Shown: positions 1-8,966, counted from the stretch's first letter. The stretch: DNA of 32,000 nt from Nitrososphaerota archaeon (GCA_022567895.1 JADFGC010000003.1:1-32000), one strand, 5' to 3'. The notes: generated from the letters alone by a model not told the origin. Translations and numbers: made by a program.

Positions 1-446
1 TCCATGTCAAGATCCATGATGCGTATATTCTCGTTTCTCAACTCCTCAAAGACTCCCTCCTGTAGTTTTCTTGAGACAAGCGCAACTACACTTAGTCCAA
101 GTTTAGATAACAAACCAAGGGCTATCCCAAAGTTCCCTGAAGTGGCTTCAATTATTGTCTGTCCACTTTTAAGCTTCCCTGTAACAATGGCATCATGGAT
201 TATGTGGACTGCAGGCCTGACTTTAATTGAGCCTGTTAGTAAATTAGAATCAAACTTGCCGAAAACTTTTAGATCTGCATCGGCAAGATTCAGGTTGTAC
301 ACGTTTTTTGCACATTCTTTCAAATCTTCAGTAACATCAATCAGTGGTGTTGCGTTGACAACCTTTGCTTCGCCCTGTTTCTCTTCCAGATGAGGAACCT
401 TACTCCATATCTCTTGTTGAAAGTGTTCAAGTAGAATGTTGTCCAT
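1..446 (-). CDS. PLP-dependent fold-type II enzyme (cysteine synthase / CBS-like), N-terminal part; gene continues beyond window start
   Basis: My own minus-strand translation from ATG at 446-444 gives MDNILLEHFQQEIWSKVPHLEEKQGEAKVVNATPLIDVTEDL...LTGSIKVRPAVHIIHDAIVTGKLKSGQTIIEATSGNFGIALGLLSKLGLSVVALVSRK. The S-x-K-x-R-P motif (PLP lysine) and the TSGN-x-G phosphate loop are typical of the Trp-synthase-beta/CysK superfamily. It is absent from the ORF track because it has no stop inside the window. Track ORF 4..393(+) is its antisense shadow. Confidence 0.6.
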   Translation of the reverse strand, partial: MDNILLEHFQQEIWSKVPHLEEKQGEAKVVNATPLIDVTEDLKECAKNVYNLNLADADLKVFGKFDSNLLTGSIKVRPAVHIIHDAIVTGKLKSGQTIIEATSGNFGIALGLLSKLGLSVVALVSRKLQEGVFEELRNENIRIMDLDM

Positions 447-508
447 ATTACCATCTGATTTTTTGCTTAATTTAGAACTTTGCTATATAGTTACAAAAAT
501 TGTTTAGA

Positions 509-2074
509 TTAACCGTCTCCCAAAACATTTAGAACTTTTTTTGGAATATCATTTAACCTACTAACCGCAAGAGTTCTTTCATATCCTAAATGTCTTAGAT
601 TATTAGCAATCATTGTTGCTCGCATAGTATTTGGCCCTAACCCAATTGCAACCATCTTAATTCCCATTGATTTTAATGACTTTAGCATAGAGCGCACCGC
701 TGTAGGATCTGAAGGTTCACCATCGGTTAGTGTTAGAAAAATGTCAGGTTTTTTTGATTGCATAATTGGATACATCTTGTCATACACTTCAGCCAATGGA
801 GTGCCTCCATTTGCAACAATTTGTGCCAGTCTCTTAGCACAAACATTATTCCATTTCATATCGGCTGATTTTACTAGCCAACAAACAACTGAGCGTGCTT
901 GGGTATTAAACGCATAAACTGCAAATTTTATTTTTAGATAAGAAAGAACTTCACACAGTGCTAGAGTTGCTTTTTTGTATTCCAGTTGATCAGAAGCAAT
1001 ACTAGATGAATGATCTAACAGAATTACAATTTTTGTTTTAATTGTCTTTTTTACATCAGTGAAAAATGGTTCATGACCCTCAATGTATGATTCTTCATCA
1101 AACTCTTCTCCAGAACGAAGATGATGTTCTTTCCAGCCAGATTTCCAATCTTTGAATTTTGTTTTTAGGCTGTTAATAAGATCTAAATCATAAATTGTGG
1201 TTTCATCCACGCTTGTTGATTTTGGAATCTGCACTCCAATTGTTTCAACACCTAGACCCCTGTTTTCATTTTTCTTGTTTTCATCAAGCAGAACTTTGTA
1301 TTCATCAAACACATTCTCACCTTTGACAGCTGCCTTTGGATCAACTTTACCAAAATCTCCTTCACGATGTTTTGAAACTTTGATAAGGGATTTTAGAAGT
1401 TCTTCTTCGGTAATTGCCATACCTGGTTTCATTTTTGGAATAGCTATTGGAATTGTCATTAAAGAATCAATATCTAAAATTTTGATTATTTCTGGAATTT
1501 GTTTTTCTATCCATTCTGTTTCATAATTGTTGTCAATTGCTTTTTGAAGAATTTTTTTTGCATATTTAGCTGCTTTGTATACCTTATCATAATGGCTTGC
1601 TTGGACTTCACCTTTTAATGCTCCAAACAAAAAATATTGGAAAAATGCTTCAACAATTCTTGGTTTTCCATAAATAGAGTTTAGTAATGGTCGATAATTC
1701 CATTGAAAACCATAATTGAAAATAATTTCTTCATCCATCCCCCTCCATGTCTTTCTACCAAGTAATTCTATTCTTCTTGTCTCAATCGTGTTTAGAATAA
1801 ACCCATAGGCATGATCGTTACTGAGAATCTTTTTACAAAATCTTAGTCTCATTGACTCACACCATAAAGTTGCACGAAATTGTCTATATCTTTGAAAATC
1901 ATCACCAACGTATTTTTCTATGGGAGATAAGATTACTCGTTTTTCTTTGAGTCTAGTTTTTGTATCAGCTTTATCAGAAAATTCTACTGTAACATTTTCT
2001 TTTCCAGACCAACGTCTAACAAGAAATGTAGCAATTTCAATTAATGTGTCATGGCGAAAATTAAGTGCTTGCAT
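509..2074 (-). CDS. VWA-domain protein, NorD/CbbO-like partner of the adjacent AAA+ ATPase
   Basis: 521 aa. The C-terminal region has a MIDAS-type motif (IVILLDHSSSI, i.e. D-x-S-x-S), followed by GGTPLAE and LTLTDGEPSD, as expected for a VWA fold. Upstream is an RSGEEFDEESY segment like that preceding the VWA domain in NorD/CbbO/CobT-type proteins. The start codon directly abuts the stop of the AAA+ gene (2074/2075). Confidence 0.7.
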   Translation of the reverse strand: MQALNFRHDTLIEIATFLVRRWSGKENVTVEFSDKADTKTRLKEKRVILSPIEKYVGDDFQRYRQFRATLWCESMRLRFCKKILSNDHAYGFILNTIETRRIELLGRKTWRGMDEEIIFNYGFQWNYRPLLNSIYGKPRIVEAFFQYFLFGALKGEVQASHYDKVYKAAKYAKKILQKAIDNNYETEWIEKQIPEIIKILDIDSLMTIPIAIPKMKPGMAITEEELLKSLIKVSKHREGDFGKVDPKAAVKGENVFDEYKVLLDENKKNENRGLGVETIGVQIPKSTSVDETTIYDLDLINSLKTKFKDWKSGWKEHHLRSGEEFDEESYIEGHEPFFTDVKKTIKTKIVILLDHSSSIASDQLEYKKATLALCEVLSYLKIKFAVYAFNTQARSVVCWLVKSADMKWNNVCAKRLAQIVANGGTPLAEVYDKMYPIMQSKKPDIFLTLTDGEPSDPTAVRSMLKSLKSMGIKMVAIGLGPNTMRATMIANNLRHLGYERTLAVSRLNDIPKKVLNVLGDG

Positions 2075-2872
2075 CTAGTTACCAAACATTGAGGTAATGA
2101 TGTCACTTACTTTTTGATATTCAACATTTCCCCATTGCGCATATACATTTCCAAAAACAATGTTTGCAGCTTCTTTTGTTGAAATTCCTGAATCAAGCAT
2201 TTTACCATATGAAATAGTTTCTCTTAGACTTGGAGAATAATACAACTCTTCAACCGCTGCCGCTTGACGCAAATTATTTGCAAGTTTTATTCCCTGAATG
2301 AGATCTTTTTCATTATTTCCTGAAACATATTTTTTCACAATTTGTAATTCAATTTCTTCTGGTGGATATTCTAGTCTAATTCTTACAGGAAATCTACTAA
2401 TAATCTGTGGTGGCAGTTCTTTTGTTCCAACATGTGTTAGTGGATTAATTGTTGCAACAACAAACCAATCTTTATTTGCGTTTATCACTTCACCAGCAGA
2501 TTCCTTTAGTACAATTTGACGTCTGTCATCTAATGCCTCATCTAATCTCAAAAGAACATCTGGTTCAGAAGAATTTAACTCATCAAGATAAAGCATGCTT
2601 CCTTCTTTCATGGATTTTACCAAAATTCCCTCATCAAAACCAACCGAGCCTTCAGTTAGAGTTTTGGTTCCAACAAGATGGCTTTCTCTAGTTCTTAGAC
2701 TAAAGTTAATACTTACAAGTTTTTTTGATTTTCTTTTAGCAAAATCTCTCACCAAAGTAGTTTTTCCTGTACCTTTGGGACCAATAATGAGAACAAACAA
2801 GTCAGCATCATGTGCTTTGTTTAGAATTTCTATTGAGTTATTCCAGTCTAGATAACTAATTTCTTGTAACAA
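2075..2872 (-). CDS. AAA+ ATPase of the CbbQ/NirQ/NorQ (AAA_5, MoxR-related) type
   Basis: 265 aa, the usual size for CbbQ/NorQ. It has Walker A (IIGPKGTGKTTL), Walker B (MLYLDELNSSEPDV) and the typical LLRLDEALDDRRQIVL region. It pairs head-to-tail with the VWA gene with no intergenic base. Confidence 0.75.
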   Translation of the reverse strand: MLQEISYLDWNNSIEILNKAHDADLFVLIIGPKGTGKTTLVRDFAKRKSKKLVSINFSLRTRESHLVGTKTLTEGSVGFDEGILVKSMKEGSMLYLDELNSSEPDVLLRLDEALDDRRQIVLKESAGEVINANKDWFVVATINPLTHVGTKELPPQIISRFPVRIRLEYPPEEIELQIVKKYVSGNNEKDLIQGIKLANNLRQAAAVEELYYSPSLRETISYGKMLDSGISTKEAANIVFGNVYAQWGNVEYQKVSDIITSMFGN

Positions 2873-2908
2873 TGTTCATTAGAATTGGAACTTTTTTACA
2901 AATAAGTC

Positions 2909-4375
2909 TTAGTTCTGAAAGGACATTAGTTTGGTTTTAGATTCATCTAACACCCGATGTAATTTCTTACTCCAGTCGTAAAATCCATCAGGAGTTTCAG
3001 GATAATTGTAATAATGCTCGGTAAGCCACTTGTTTTGTTGAGTAGTATATTTGAGTCCACTTGCAAGTGTTTTGTTAAGTGCACCGCGAATAATCATTCC
3101 TAATTTTCCAAGTCCACCAAAATCAGGATGTTCTCCCTTTGAAATTGATTCAATGTCAAGATTTCCCAAAAAGTGTTTCATTCCATAACTAATTTGTTCA
3201 TTTGTAAGAGTTTGAATTAAACTTCTAAATAATTCAAGACCAGCAGTTTTGTATCCATATTCATTGATGAATTCTTTGTTGTATTTCCATAACCCTTTCT
3301 CAGTTACATCTCCAGATTGTATTGCATCAACTGCACATTTTCCAATAATTGTTCCTGCAACTAATGCAGGTCCAATTCCTCCCGCATCAAGTGGTTTTGG
3401 CATCCAAGCAGAATCTCCAACTATCACATACCCGTTTGCAACCATACAATCATTTTGTCTTCTAACCGAAACTTGGAAATTGCCTGTTGCATTGTTTTTG
3501 TCGTCAGGATCAGTTGAAAGTCTTGGATTTTTTATTGCTATATTTCTTTCAACGTATTCATTAATTAGTGTGGAAACATTGTCGTTTTTTCCTAATCTTT
3601 TGTTTCTTTTTTCTAAAAGTGTTTTTTCTATACCTAATCCAATGTTAACTTTGTTTTCACCTTTAGGAAAAACCCATGCATAGCCACCTGGTGCTATATC
3701 TTGATCCAAATGAATAATACAATAATCAGGATCAAATTCAGACAAATCTTCTTCTCCTTTATCAAAATACATGATGTGTCTTCCAGTCGATTCAACATCT
3801 CGGCGATCAATTTTCTTTTCAACCTTGTCTGAGTTTTGTAGTTGGTTTCTTAACATTGAAGTAACGCCAGTTGCGTCTATTACAAGTTTAGCAGTTTTTT
3901 TGTATGGTTGCTTATTTTTGTTATCTACTCCTTGGACTCCAATCACTTGACCGTTATCATAAAGCAGACCAGTTAGATTAATTTCAAAATCAAAATTAAT
4001 TCCCATTTTTCTAGCTCTCTCATTCTGGCGCTCAGGAAGTTTTTGCCTATTGAGCATGTAACCTTCTCCATCAAAAGGAATCGAAGTTTCTCTATCTGGG
4101 GAAAATGCCATGACTCCTTTTACTTTGTGTTCAATTTCTGGTTCAGTCCATGGAACTTTGATACGTTCTGTCATGTAATCAACAGTTTCTTTGCTGACCG
4201 CATCACCACAAATCCATCCACTGATACTTTTTTGACCTGGTAAATGACTAGGACTTCGGTCAATCACTAGAACCTTTAATCCTTGATTAGAATAATGTGC
4301 AACCGATTGAGCTGCTACAGTACCTGTTAGTCCTCCACCAGCTACAATTACATCGAAATCCGTCACAATCCCCAC
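2909..4375 (-). CDS. FAD-dependent oxidoreductase of the geranylgeranyl reductase family
   Basis: 488 aa. It has an N-terminal dinucleotide-binding motif (DVIVAGGGLTGTVAA...VLVIDR) and a GDSAW motif (VIVGDSAWMPKPLDAGGIGPAL), typical of archaeal GGR-like flavoproteins. It is longer than canonical lipid GGRs, so the substrate is uncertain. Confidence 0.7.
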   Translation of the reverse strand: MGIVTDFDVIVAGGGLTGTVAAQSVAHYSNQGLKVLVIDRSPSHLPGQKSISGWICGDAVSKETVDYMTERIKVPWTEPEIEHKVKGVMAFSPDRETSIPFDGEGYMLNRQKLPERQNERARKMGINFDFEINLTGLLYDNGQVIGVQGVDNKNKQPYKKTAKLVIDATGVTSMLRNQLQNSDKVEKKIDRRDVESTGRHIMYFDKGEEDLSEFDPDYCIIHLDQDIAPGGYAWVFPKGENKVNIGLGIEKTLLEKRNKRLGKNDNVSTLINEYVERNIAIKNPRLSTDPDDKNNATGNFQVSVRRQNDCMVANGYVIVGDSAWMPKPLDAGGIGPALVAGTIIGKCAVDAIQSGDVTEKGLWKYNKEFINEYGYKTAGLELFRSLIQTLTNEQISYGMKHFLGNLDIESISKGEHPDFGGLGKLGMIIRGALNKTLASGLKYTTQQNKWLTEHYYNYPETPDGFYDWSKKLHRVLDESKTKLMSFQN

Positions 4376-4425
4376 TCCGTTAATCGATATTTAAAATAAT
4401 CTTGTTTTTCGGATCAAAAAATTTT

Positions 4426-4492
4426 GGGTCGGATCGTCGCGGCGTCTTCAAGGCAATAGCTCAGACTGAGCGGCTATTATCTCCTCATTCCC
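4426..4492 (-). ncRNA. Candidate box C/D-like sRNA with degenerate boxes
   Basis: GC-rich island in a 146-nt intergenic gap. The minus strand reads GGG-A-AUGAGGA-(17 nt)-CUGA-(10 nt)-UGAAGA-(12 nt)-CCGA-CCC. A 3-bp terminal stem (GGG/CCC) brackets a C-like and a D-like box. The C-box U5-to-G and D-box U2-to-C changes would turn the usual U.U pair into G-C. An AATAAATAAG TATA-like element lies about 21 nt upstream and a T6 run lies 4 nt downstream. The boxes and the 17-nt first spacer are non-canonical. Confidence 0.3.
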
Positions 4493-4521
4493 AACATAGT
4501 TACAACTAATTCTTATTTATT

Positions 4522-4950
4522 CTAGTTGTTCACTTTCAAAAGTTCAGAATAAATTTTAGTCGTATCTTTTTTGTTATAAATCGGAGTGAATATTTTCACT
4601 TTAACTGGATCCTTGTCTCGCAAATCAAGTTGTCCAACAACTAACTTTTGTTTATCTAATCTCAAATGAAAGGCAGAATTGTGAATTCTTTCTTCTAAAC
4701 TTTCTAGCAATTCTTGTTGTTGGTCTTTTGGCAAATCAGAAACTAATTTTTCGACAAAACTTTTTGCGTCTTTTTTTGTCAGTTTTGTTTGTAACATAGT
4801 TATTGGATTATCAAAGTGACCCTTTAGATTTTGAATGTTAAATTTTTTTTGTTTAATTTGAAATAGTTCTTCAAAGGCATCAAAAATTTTTGAAATGTCT
4901 TCTGTTGCATGAACTATCACATCAACGGTTACTTCGATTTTAGGGTTCAT
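4522..4950 (-). CDS. Conserved hypothetical protein, possibly a DUF54/COG1931-type RNA-binding protein
   Basis: 142-aa ORF, co-oriented with and just downstream of rps3ae. The N-terminus (IEVTVDVIVHATEDISKI) resembles the strand-plus-TED motif I associate with that archaeal family. The function call is weak. Confidence 0.45.
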   Translation of the reverse strand: MNPKIEVTVDVIVHATEDISKIFDAFEELFQIKQKKFNIQNLKGHFDNPITMLQTKLTKKDAKSFVEKLVSDLPKDQQQELLESLEERIHNSAFHLRLDKQKLVVGQLDLRDKDPVKVKIFTPIYNKKDTTKIYSELLKVNN

Positions 4951-4976
4951 TAGTAATTAGTAAAATCAGTAACTTC

Positions 4977-5588
4977 TTAGGCTTGAAGAAGTGCAATTTC
5001 TTTCTCTGCAGTTCTTACTAGCTTGACTTTTTCAAGTCCCAAATGTCTAATTCTAATCAATTTTTTAGCAGCAGCCATAATATCCGAATTTATTTTTCCA
5101 TAGCATGTAGCCTGTACAAATTGGTCAATGGTCATTTGAGGAACTGTCTTTTCAATGACATCTTTTGCAATCAATCTGAGAGCGTTTTTTCTTGAGGTGT
5201 TTAGCTGTCTATGGGTTAGTGCTACTACCTTTATTCTGAAAATGTAACCGTCCTTTGTTTTTGCATCAATGATAAAATTAATTTTGGATGATCCTCTTCT
5301 AACAAGACTTCGCAAAAATTCCTTTGCATATTCATATTTTTTGAAAATTGTTTGTGCTTTGTCACCTTGAATTTTACTTATTTGGAAGAATATTTTGTAT
5401 TGATGTTGAGATGGATCTCCTTTTAGAATATCAAATAGTGTCAAATCAATAACTCTGCCAATTGCATTTTTCTCATCAGTTATTGGAACATATGCTACTG
5501 GAACGTTGTTAAATGAATCTGGAGCAAAAACTGTAATCCATTTCTTCTCTCTCCACTTGTCCTTTACTCTAGTTTTTCTCCGTGCCAA
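4977..5588 (-). CDS. rps3ae: 30S ribosomal protein S3Ae (eS1)
   Basis: 203 aa. The N-terminus (MARRKTRVKDKWREKKWITVFAPDSF) is the hallmark start of archaeal S3Ae. Confidence 0.9.
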   Translation of the reverse strand: MARRKTRVKDKWREKKWITVFAPDSFNNVPVAYVPITDEKNAIGRVIDLTLFDILKGDPSQHQYKIFFQISKIQGDKAQTIFKKYEYAKEFLRSLVRRGSSKINFIIDAKTKDGYIFRIKVVALTHRQLNTSRKNALRLIAKDVIEKTVPQMTIDQFVQATCYGKINSDIMAAAKKLIRIRHLGLEKVKLVRTAEKEIALLQA

Positions 5589-5628
5589 TTAGTAACGACC
5601 TTTGAATCCAAAATATAAGGGTATGTGA

Positions 5629-6891
5629 CTAGATTAAGGATTTTCCAATATAGTTTTGCAAAGCTTTTGGAACATTAATGTGCCCATCTTTAGTTTGGAA
5701 ATTTTCTAAAATTGAAACTAAAACTCTAGAGGTTGCAACCAGAGTACTGTTTAGAGTATGAAGATATTGTGTATCTTCATTTGTTTTATCCCTAAATCTG
5801 ATCTTAAGTCGTCTTGCTTGATAATCAAGGCAGTTTGAACAAGAAACAATTTCTCTATATGCATTTTGACCGGCCATCCAAGCTTCAATGTCATATGTTT
5901 TAGCTGAAATCTTTCCCATGTCACCACTTGAAAGAAGCATTACTTTGTGTGGAATCTCTAATTTTTGATAAAACTCTTCAGCTGTTTGAATCATCTTTTC
6001 ATGTTCATTCCAAGACTCTTCAGGTCGTGAAAAAACAAATTGTTCAACTTTCTCAAACTGGTGAACTCTGAAGATTCCTTTTTGATCTTTTCCGTGAGCC
6101 CCTGCCTCTTTTCTAAAACAAGTACTCACACCAGCATATCTTATTGGTAAAAGCTTTCCATCAATAATTTCACCAGAATGCATTGCGGCTATTGCATGCT
6201 CTGATGTTCCAATAAGGTAAAGATCCTCATCTTGAATTTTGTAAATTACATCTTCAAAATCTTCTGCAATTATTGCACCTTCCATAGCTTTTCTTTTAAT
6301 GAGGTATGGTGGTTGCACAAGAGAATAATTTTTTTCAGAAAGAAAATCTAATGCAAAATTTATCAGAGCCTGATTAAGTCTAACCAACTCGTTTCTAAGA
6401 TAATAAAATCGAGCACCAGAAACTTTTGCTGCACGTTCTAAATCAACCAAATCCAAATTATCTGATAGATCAACATGATCTTGAATCTGAAAATCAAATC
6501 TTGGGGCATTTCCCCATTTTCTTATTTCTTTATTTGCGGTAGCATCAGCACCAATTGGAACAGATTCATGAATTAGGTTTGGAATTGTGTAAGCAAGTTT
6601 TGCATATTCTTGCTCAATTTCTGTTTGAGTTTCTTCAAGCGTTGCAAGCTCTGATGAAACTTTTTTCATATCATCTAAAATTTCAGATGTATTTTCTCCA
6701 GCCTTTTTCTTTTCTGAAATTTGCAAAGAAACTTGATTTTTCTTTTTTCTTAGTTCATCAGTTTTAATTATGAATTCTCTTCTTTTCTTATCAGTATCGA
6801 CTAGAGCATCAATGTCAAATTCCACAGCCCTATCTTTTAACATCTTACGAATTTTGTCAGGACTATCTCTGAGAATTTTTGGGTCTAACAT
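5629..6891 (-). CDS. serS: Seryl-tRNA synthetase
   Basis: 420 aa. It has the typical MLDPKILRDSPDKIRKMLKDR start, a long N-terminal coiled-coil arm and class II motifs (FRVHQFEKVEQF; TLNSTLVATSRVLVSILEN). Confidence 0.9.
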   Translation of the reverse strand: MLDPKILRDSPDKIRKMLKDRAVEFDIDALVDTDKKRREFIIKTDELRKKKNQVSLQISEKKKAGENTSEILDDMKKVSSELATLEETQTEIEQEYAKLAYTIPNLIHESVPIGADATANKEIRKWGNAPRFDFQIQDHVDLSDNLDLVDLERAAKVSGARFYYLRNELVRLNQALINFALDFLSEKNYSLVQPPYLIKRKAMEGAIIAEDFEDVIYKIQDEDLYLIGTSEHAIAAMHSGEIIDGKLLPIRYAGVSTCFRKEAGAHGKDQKGIFRVHQFEKVEQFVFSRPEESWNEHEKMIQTAEEFYQKLEIPHKVMLLSSGDMGKISAKTYDIEAWMAGQNAYREIVSCSNCLDYQARRLKIRFRDKTNEDTQYLHTLNSTLVATSRVLVSILENFQTKDGHINVPKALQNYIGKSLI

Positions 6892-7133
6892 TATTCAATC
6901 ACCTTTAGAGCAACTTGTACATGTTCTAAAACCTCATCTACTGTAGCAATCAATTTTTTCATATCACCTTGACTTTGAAAATTAAAAACAAGTTTGTTAT
7001 CAAAATTTTCTAGTTCTAGAGTCAAGTTTTCTGGAAAATTAACATTGTCAGGTTCAAGTGCTTTTCTTACAGCCTCAGCCTTTTTTTCAGAAATATTTTC
7101 AAGAGTTACTTGAACTTTGCACGTTAATGACAT
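6891..7133 (-). CDS. KEOPS complex subunit Pcc1-like protein
   Basis: 80 aa. The pattern AEAVRKALEPDNVNFPENLTLELENFDNKLVFNFQSQGDMKKLIATVDEVLEHVQVALKVIE matches the Pcc1/CTAG fold family. It shares a 1-nt overlap with serS (6891). Confidence 0.6.
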   Translation of the reverse strand: MSLTCKVQVTLENISEKKAEAVRKALEPDNVNFPENLTLELENFDNKLVFNFQSQGDMKKLIATVDEVLEHVQVALKVIE

Positions 7134-8520
7134 TGGCTTCTAAATAGTCCAAGAATCCATCCAATTTGTCTTTAGTTATTTTAGCACCAGCGGCAGCATC
7201 ATGTCCTCCTCCTACTCCATCAAATTTCTCAGCTCCCTGTCTCATCAGCTCGCTTAGATTAACATTTAATTTGCATGAAAATGATTTTCTTGATGAAAAC
7301 TTGATTGTTCCCTCATCTCCATTTGTTCTTAGTATTACAATTTTTCCAGAATTTTTTGGAGAGCCTGCAATTAGAGATGAAATGGTTCCAGACATGGTTT
7401 CAGGAATTACGCCTTCTCCGTTAACCATTACACAATTTTTGCTATCTGAAATTCTCCATCTTTCATTTGCTAAAACATTCATGTAATTTCTAATCATTTT
7501 TCTATATTCAGCTAGAATGTTTTCTCCTTCTTGGAGTAGCTTATTTCTGTCTCCCATGCAAATTGCAATTCCGACACCAGCTTTACCAATTCTTCCACAA
7601 GAGTTTAGCATTGTTGCAAAGTCTCGTCCATCTCGCAAAAAGCTTCTTCTATCTTCTCTTGGAAAAGAGTAAGTGTATCCAATCAATTCCTCCATTATGT
7701 TTGTGGCATCTTTTCCGGCAGTGACTTGTGTAATGGCTTCAATGAGTGCTCTTTTTTCATCTTCAGAAAGCTCAGCCGGAACTCTCCATCTTTGCCCATC
7801 TTTGAGTTTGATTCCAGCAGAATTTATCAGAGAAAGACATGCGTCTCTGTTCCAAGTTAGTCCTTCAATAAATGGCTGAGATGTAAATGCAAGTGCATCT
7901 GGAAGAGGTCTTGTTTCTCGTCCAACCAATAACAAATCTAAATCAATTTCAAGTAGCCCTTCATCTTTTGCAGTTTTTGCAATCTCAAAATTTTTTCCAG
8001 TAAAGGATTTTTTTTCACCCTGATCCTGACGATCCCCTAAAGCTGATACAACTGCTATTGGAGAAAGATCCACGTTTTTGCCATCAAGAGAATTTGCTGC
8101 CAAGTATGCCATTCCGCCAGCACAAATTTCTGTACCGCCGTCAATTCCAAATTTCCAAGCATTAATCACTCGTTCATTTTCATGTTCAGCTTCTGAAATT
8201 TCATGATGATCTAAAACCACCCAGTTTTCAGCAAGGTTTTCATCAAGGTATTTTGCAAATCCTCCACCAAGGTCAGTAATTACATGCAGATCTCTAGAAT
8301 TTTTTTGAAGATTCGAAATAATAGATTTGTTTAATTCCTTTGTGGTTCGAACTGTGCAATTTGCCCCAGCCCGAATTAGGGCTTTGGTGATAATGCTGCC
8401 AGAGCTAAGACCATCACAGTCAATGTGTGTTAGAACAAAAATCGATTTGTTTGATTTTATGCAATCAAAAATTTTATCATGAAAATATGAAAGTGATTTA
8501 TTGAGATCTTTTGACATCAC
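7099..8520 (-). CDS. DHH/DHHA1 phosphoesterase, archaeal RecJ/GAN-like
   Basis: 473 aa. DHH motifs are LTHIDCDGLSSGSI, VITDLGGG and VVLDHHEIS. The DHHA1 motif is GVGGGHDAAAGA. It overlaps the Pcc1 start by 35 nt and the S15 gene's 3' end by 4 nt. Confidence 0.7.
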   Translation of the reverse strand: MMSKDLNKSLSYFHDKIFDCIKSNKSIFVLTHIDCDGLSSGSIITKALIRAGANCTVRTTKELNKSIISNLQKNSRDLHVITDLGGGFAKYLDENLAENWVVLDHHEISEAEHENERVINAWKFGIDGGTEICAGGMAYLAANSLDGKNVDLSPIAVVSALGDRQDQGEKKSFTGKNFEIAKTAKDEGLLEIDLDLLLVGRETRPLPDALAFTSQPFIEGLTWNRDACLSLINSAGIKLKDGQRWRVPAELSEDEKRALIEAITQVTAGKDATNIMEELIGYTYSFPREDRRSFLRDGRDFATMLNSCGRIGKAGVGIAICMGDRNKLLQEGENILAEYRKMIRNYMNVLANERWRISDSKNCVMVNGEGVIPETMSGTISSLIAGSPKNSGKIVILRTNGDEGTIKFSSRKSFSCKLNVNLSELMRQGAEKFDGVGGGHDAAAGAKITKDKLDGFLDYLEANVINVQSSSNS

Positions 8521-8966
8521 TCTAGTTGAGCGACCACGGATTTATATTTCCAGTTTTTAGCAAGTTGACCAGTTCTTTTGTAATATACTGATAGTCGGTG
8601 AACTTTGGCCTCTATGAGCTCAAGAGATCTAATATTTCGAAAATCTTTTTTGTTGGTCTTTAGATGTTTTTGCAAACCAACAGCCCTTTTGACAATGTTA
8701 TTCAAGTCTTCAGGAATTTCTGGTTTAAGCTTGTTTTCTTCTAAAATCTGCATTACAGTTTTTTTTGTCACAGATTTTACAAGGGGAATTGCATGTTGAT
8801 CGCGAAGCTTTATTCCAATCTGACTTGAAGTCAAGCCGTCTTTTGCATACTTTACCACAAGCTCCTCAATCTGTTTTGAATCTTGAGAAATCCAAGATGG
8901 TGATCGCACAGTGACAGGTCTAATCGAATGAGATTTTCCATGTCTGTGGGTATGCATTCGTCCCAT
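8517..8966 (-). CDS. rps15: 30S ribosomal protein S15 (uS15 / S13e type)
   Basis: 149 aa. MGRMHTHRHGKSHSIRP is the characteristic archaeal S15 N-terminus. Confidence 0.9.
   Translation of the reverse strand: MGRMHTHRHGKSHSIRPVTVRSPSWISQDSKQIEELVVKYAKDGLTSSQIGIKLRDQHAIPLVKSVTKKTVMQILEENKLKPEIPEDLNNIVKRAVGLQKHLKTNKKDFRNIRSLELIEAKVHRLSVYYKRTGQLAKNWKYKSVVAQLE

Noticed and set aside
4-393. 129-aa plus-strand ORF at the window start
   Set aside because: It is antisense to a much better minus-strand reading frame carrying PLP-enzyme motifs (SIKVRP, TSGNFG). Its low-complexity Ser/Leu-rich translation is typical of a shadow ORF.
1197-4243. Plus-strand ORFs 1197-1526, 2298-2519, 2449-2691, 2595-2855, 3249-3683 and 4043-4243
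   Set aside because: All lie entirely inside the well-supported minus-strand VWA, AAA+ and GGR genes. Their products are low-complexity with no motifs. They are shadow ORFs, which an AT-rich genome readily produces.
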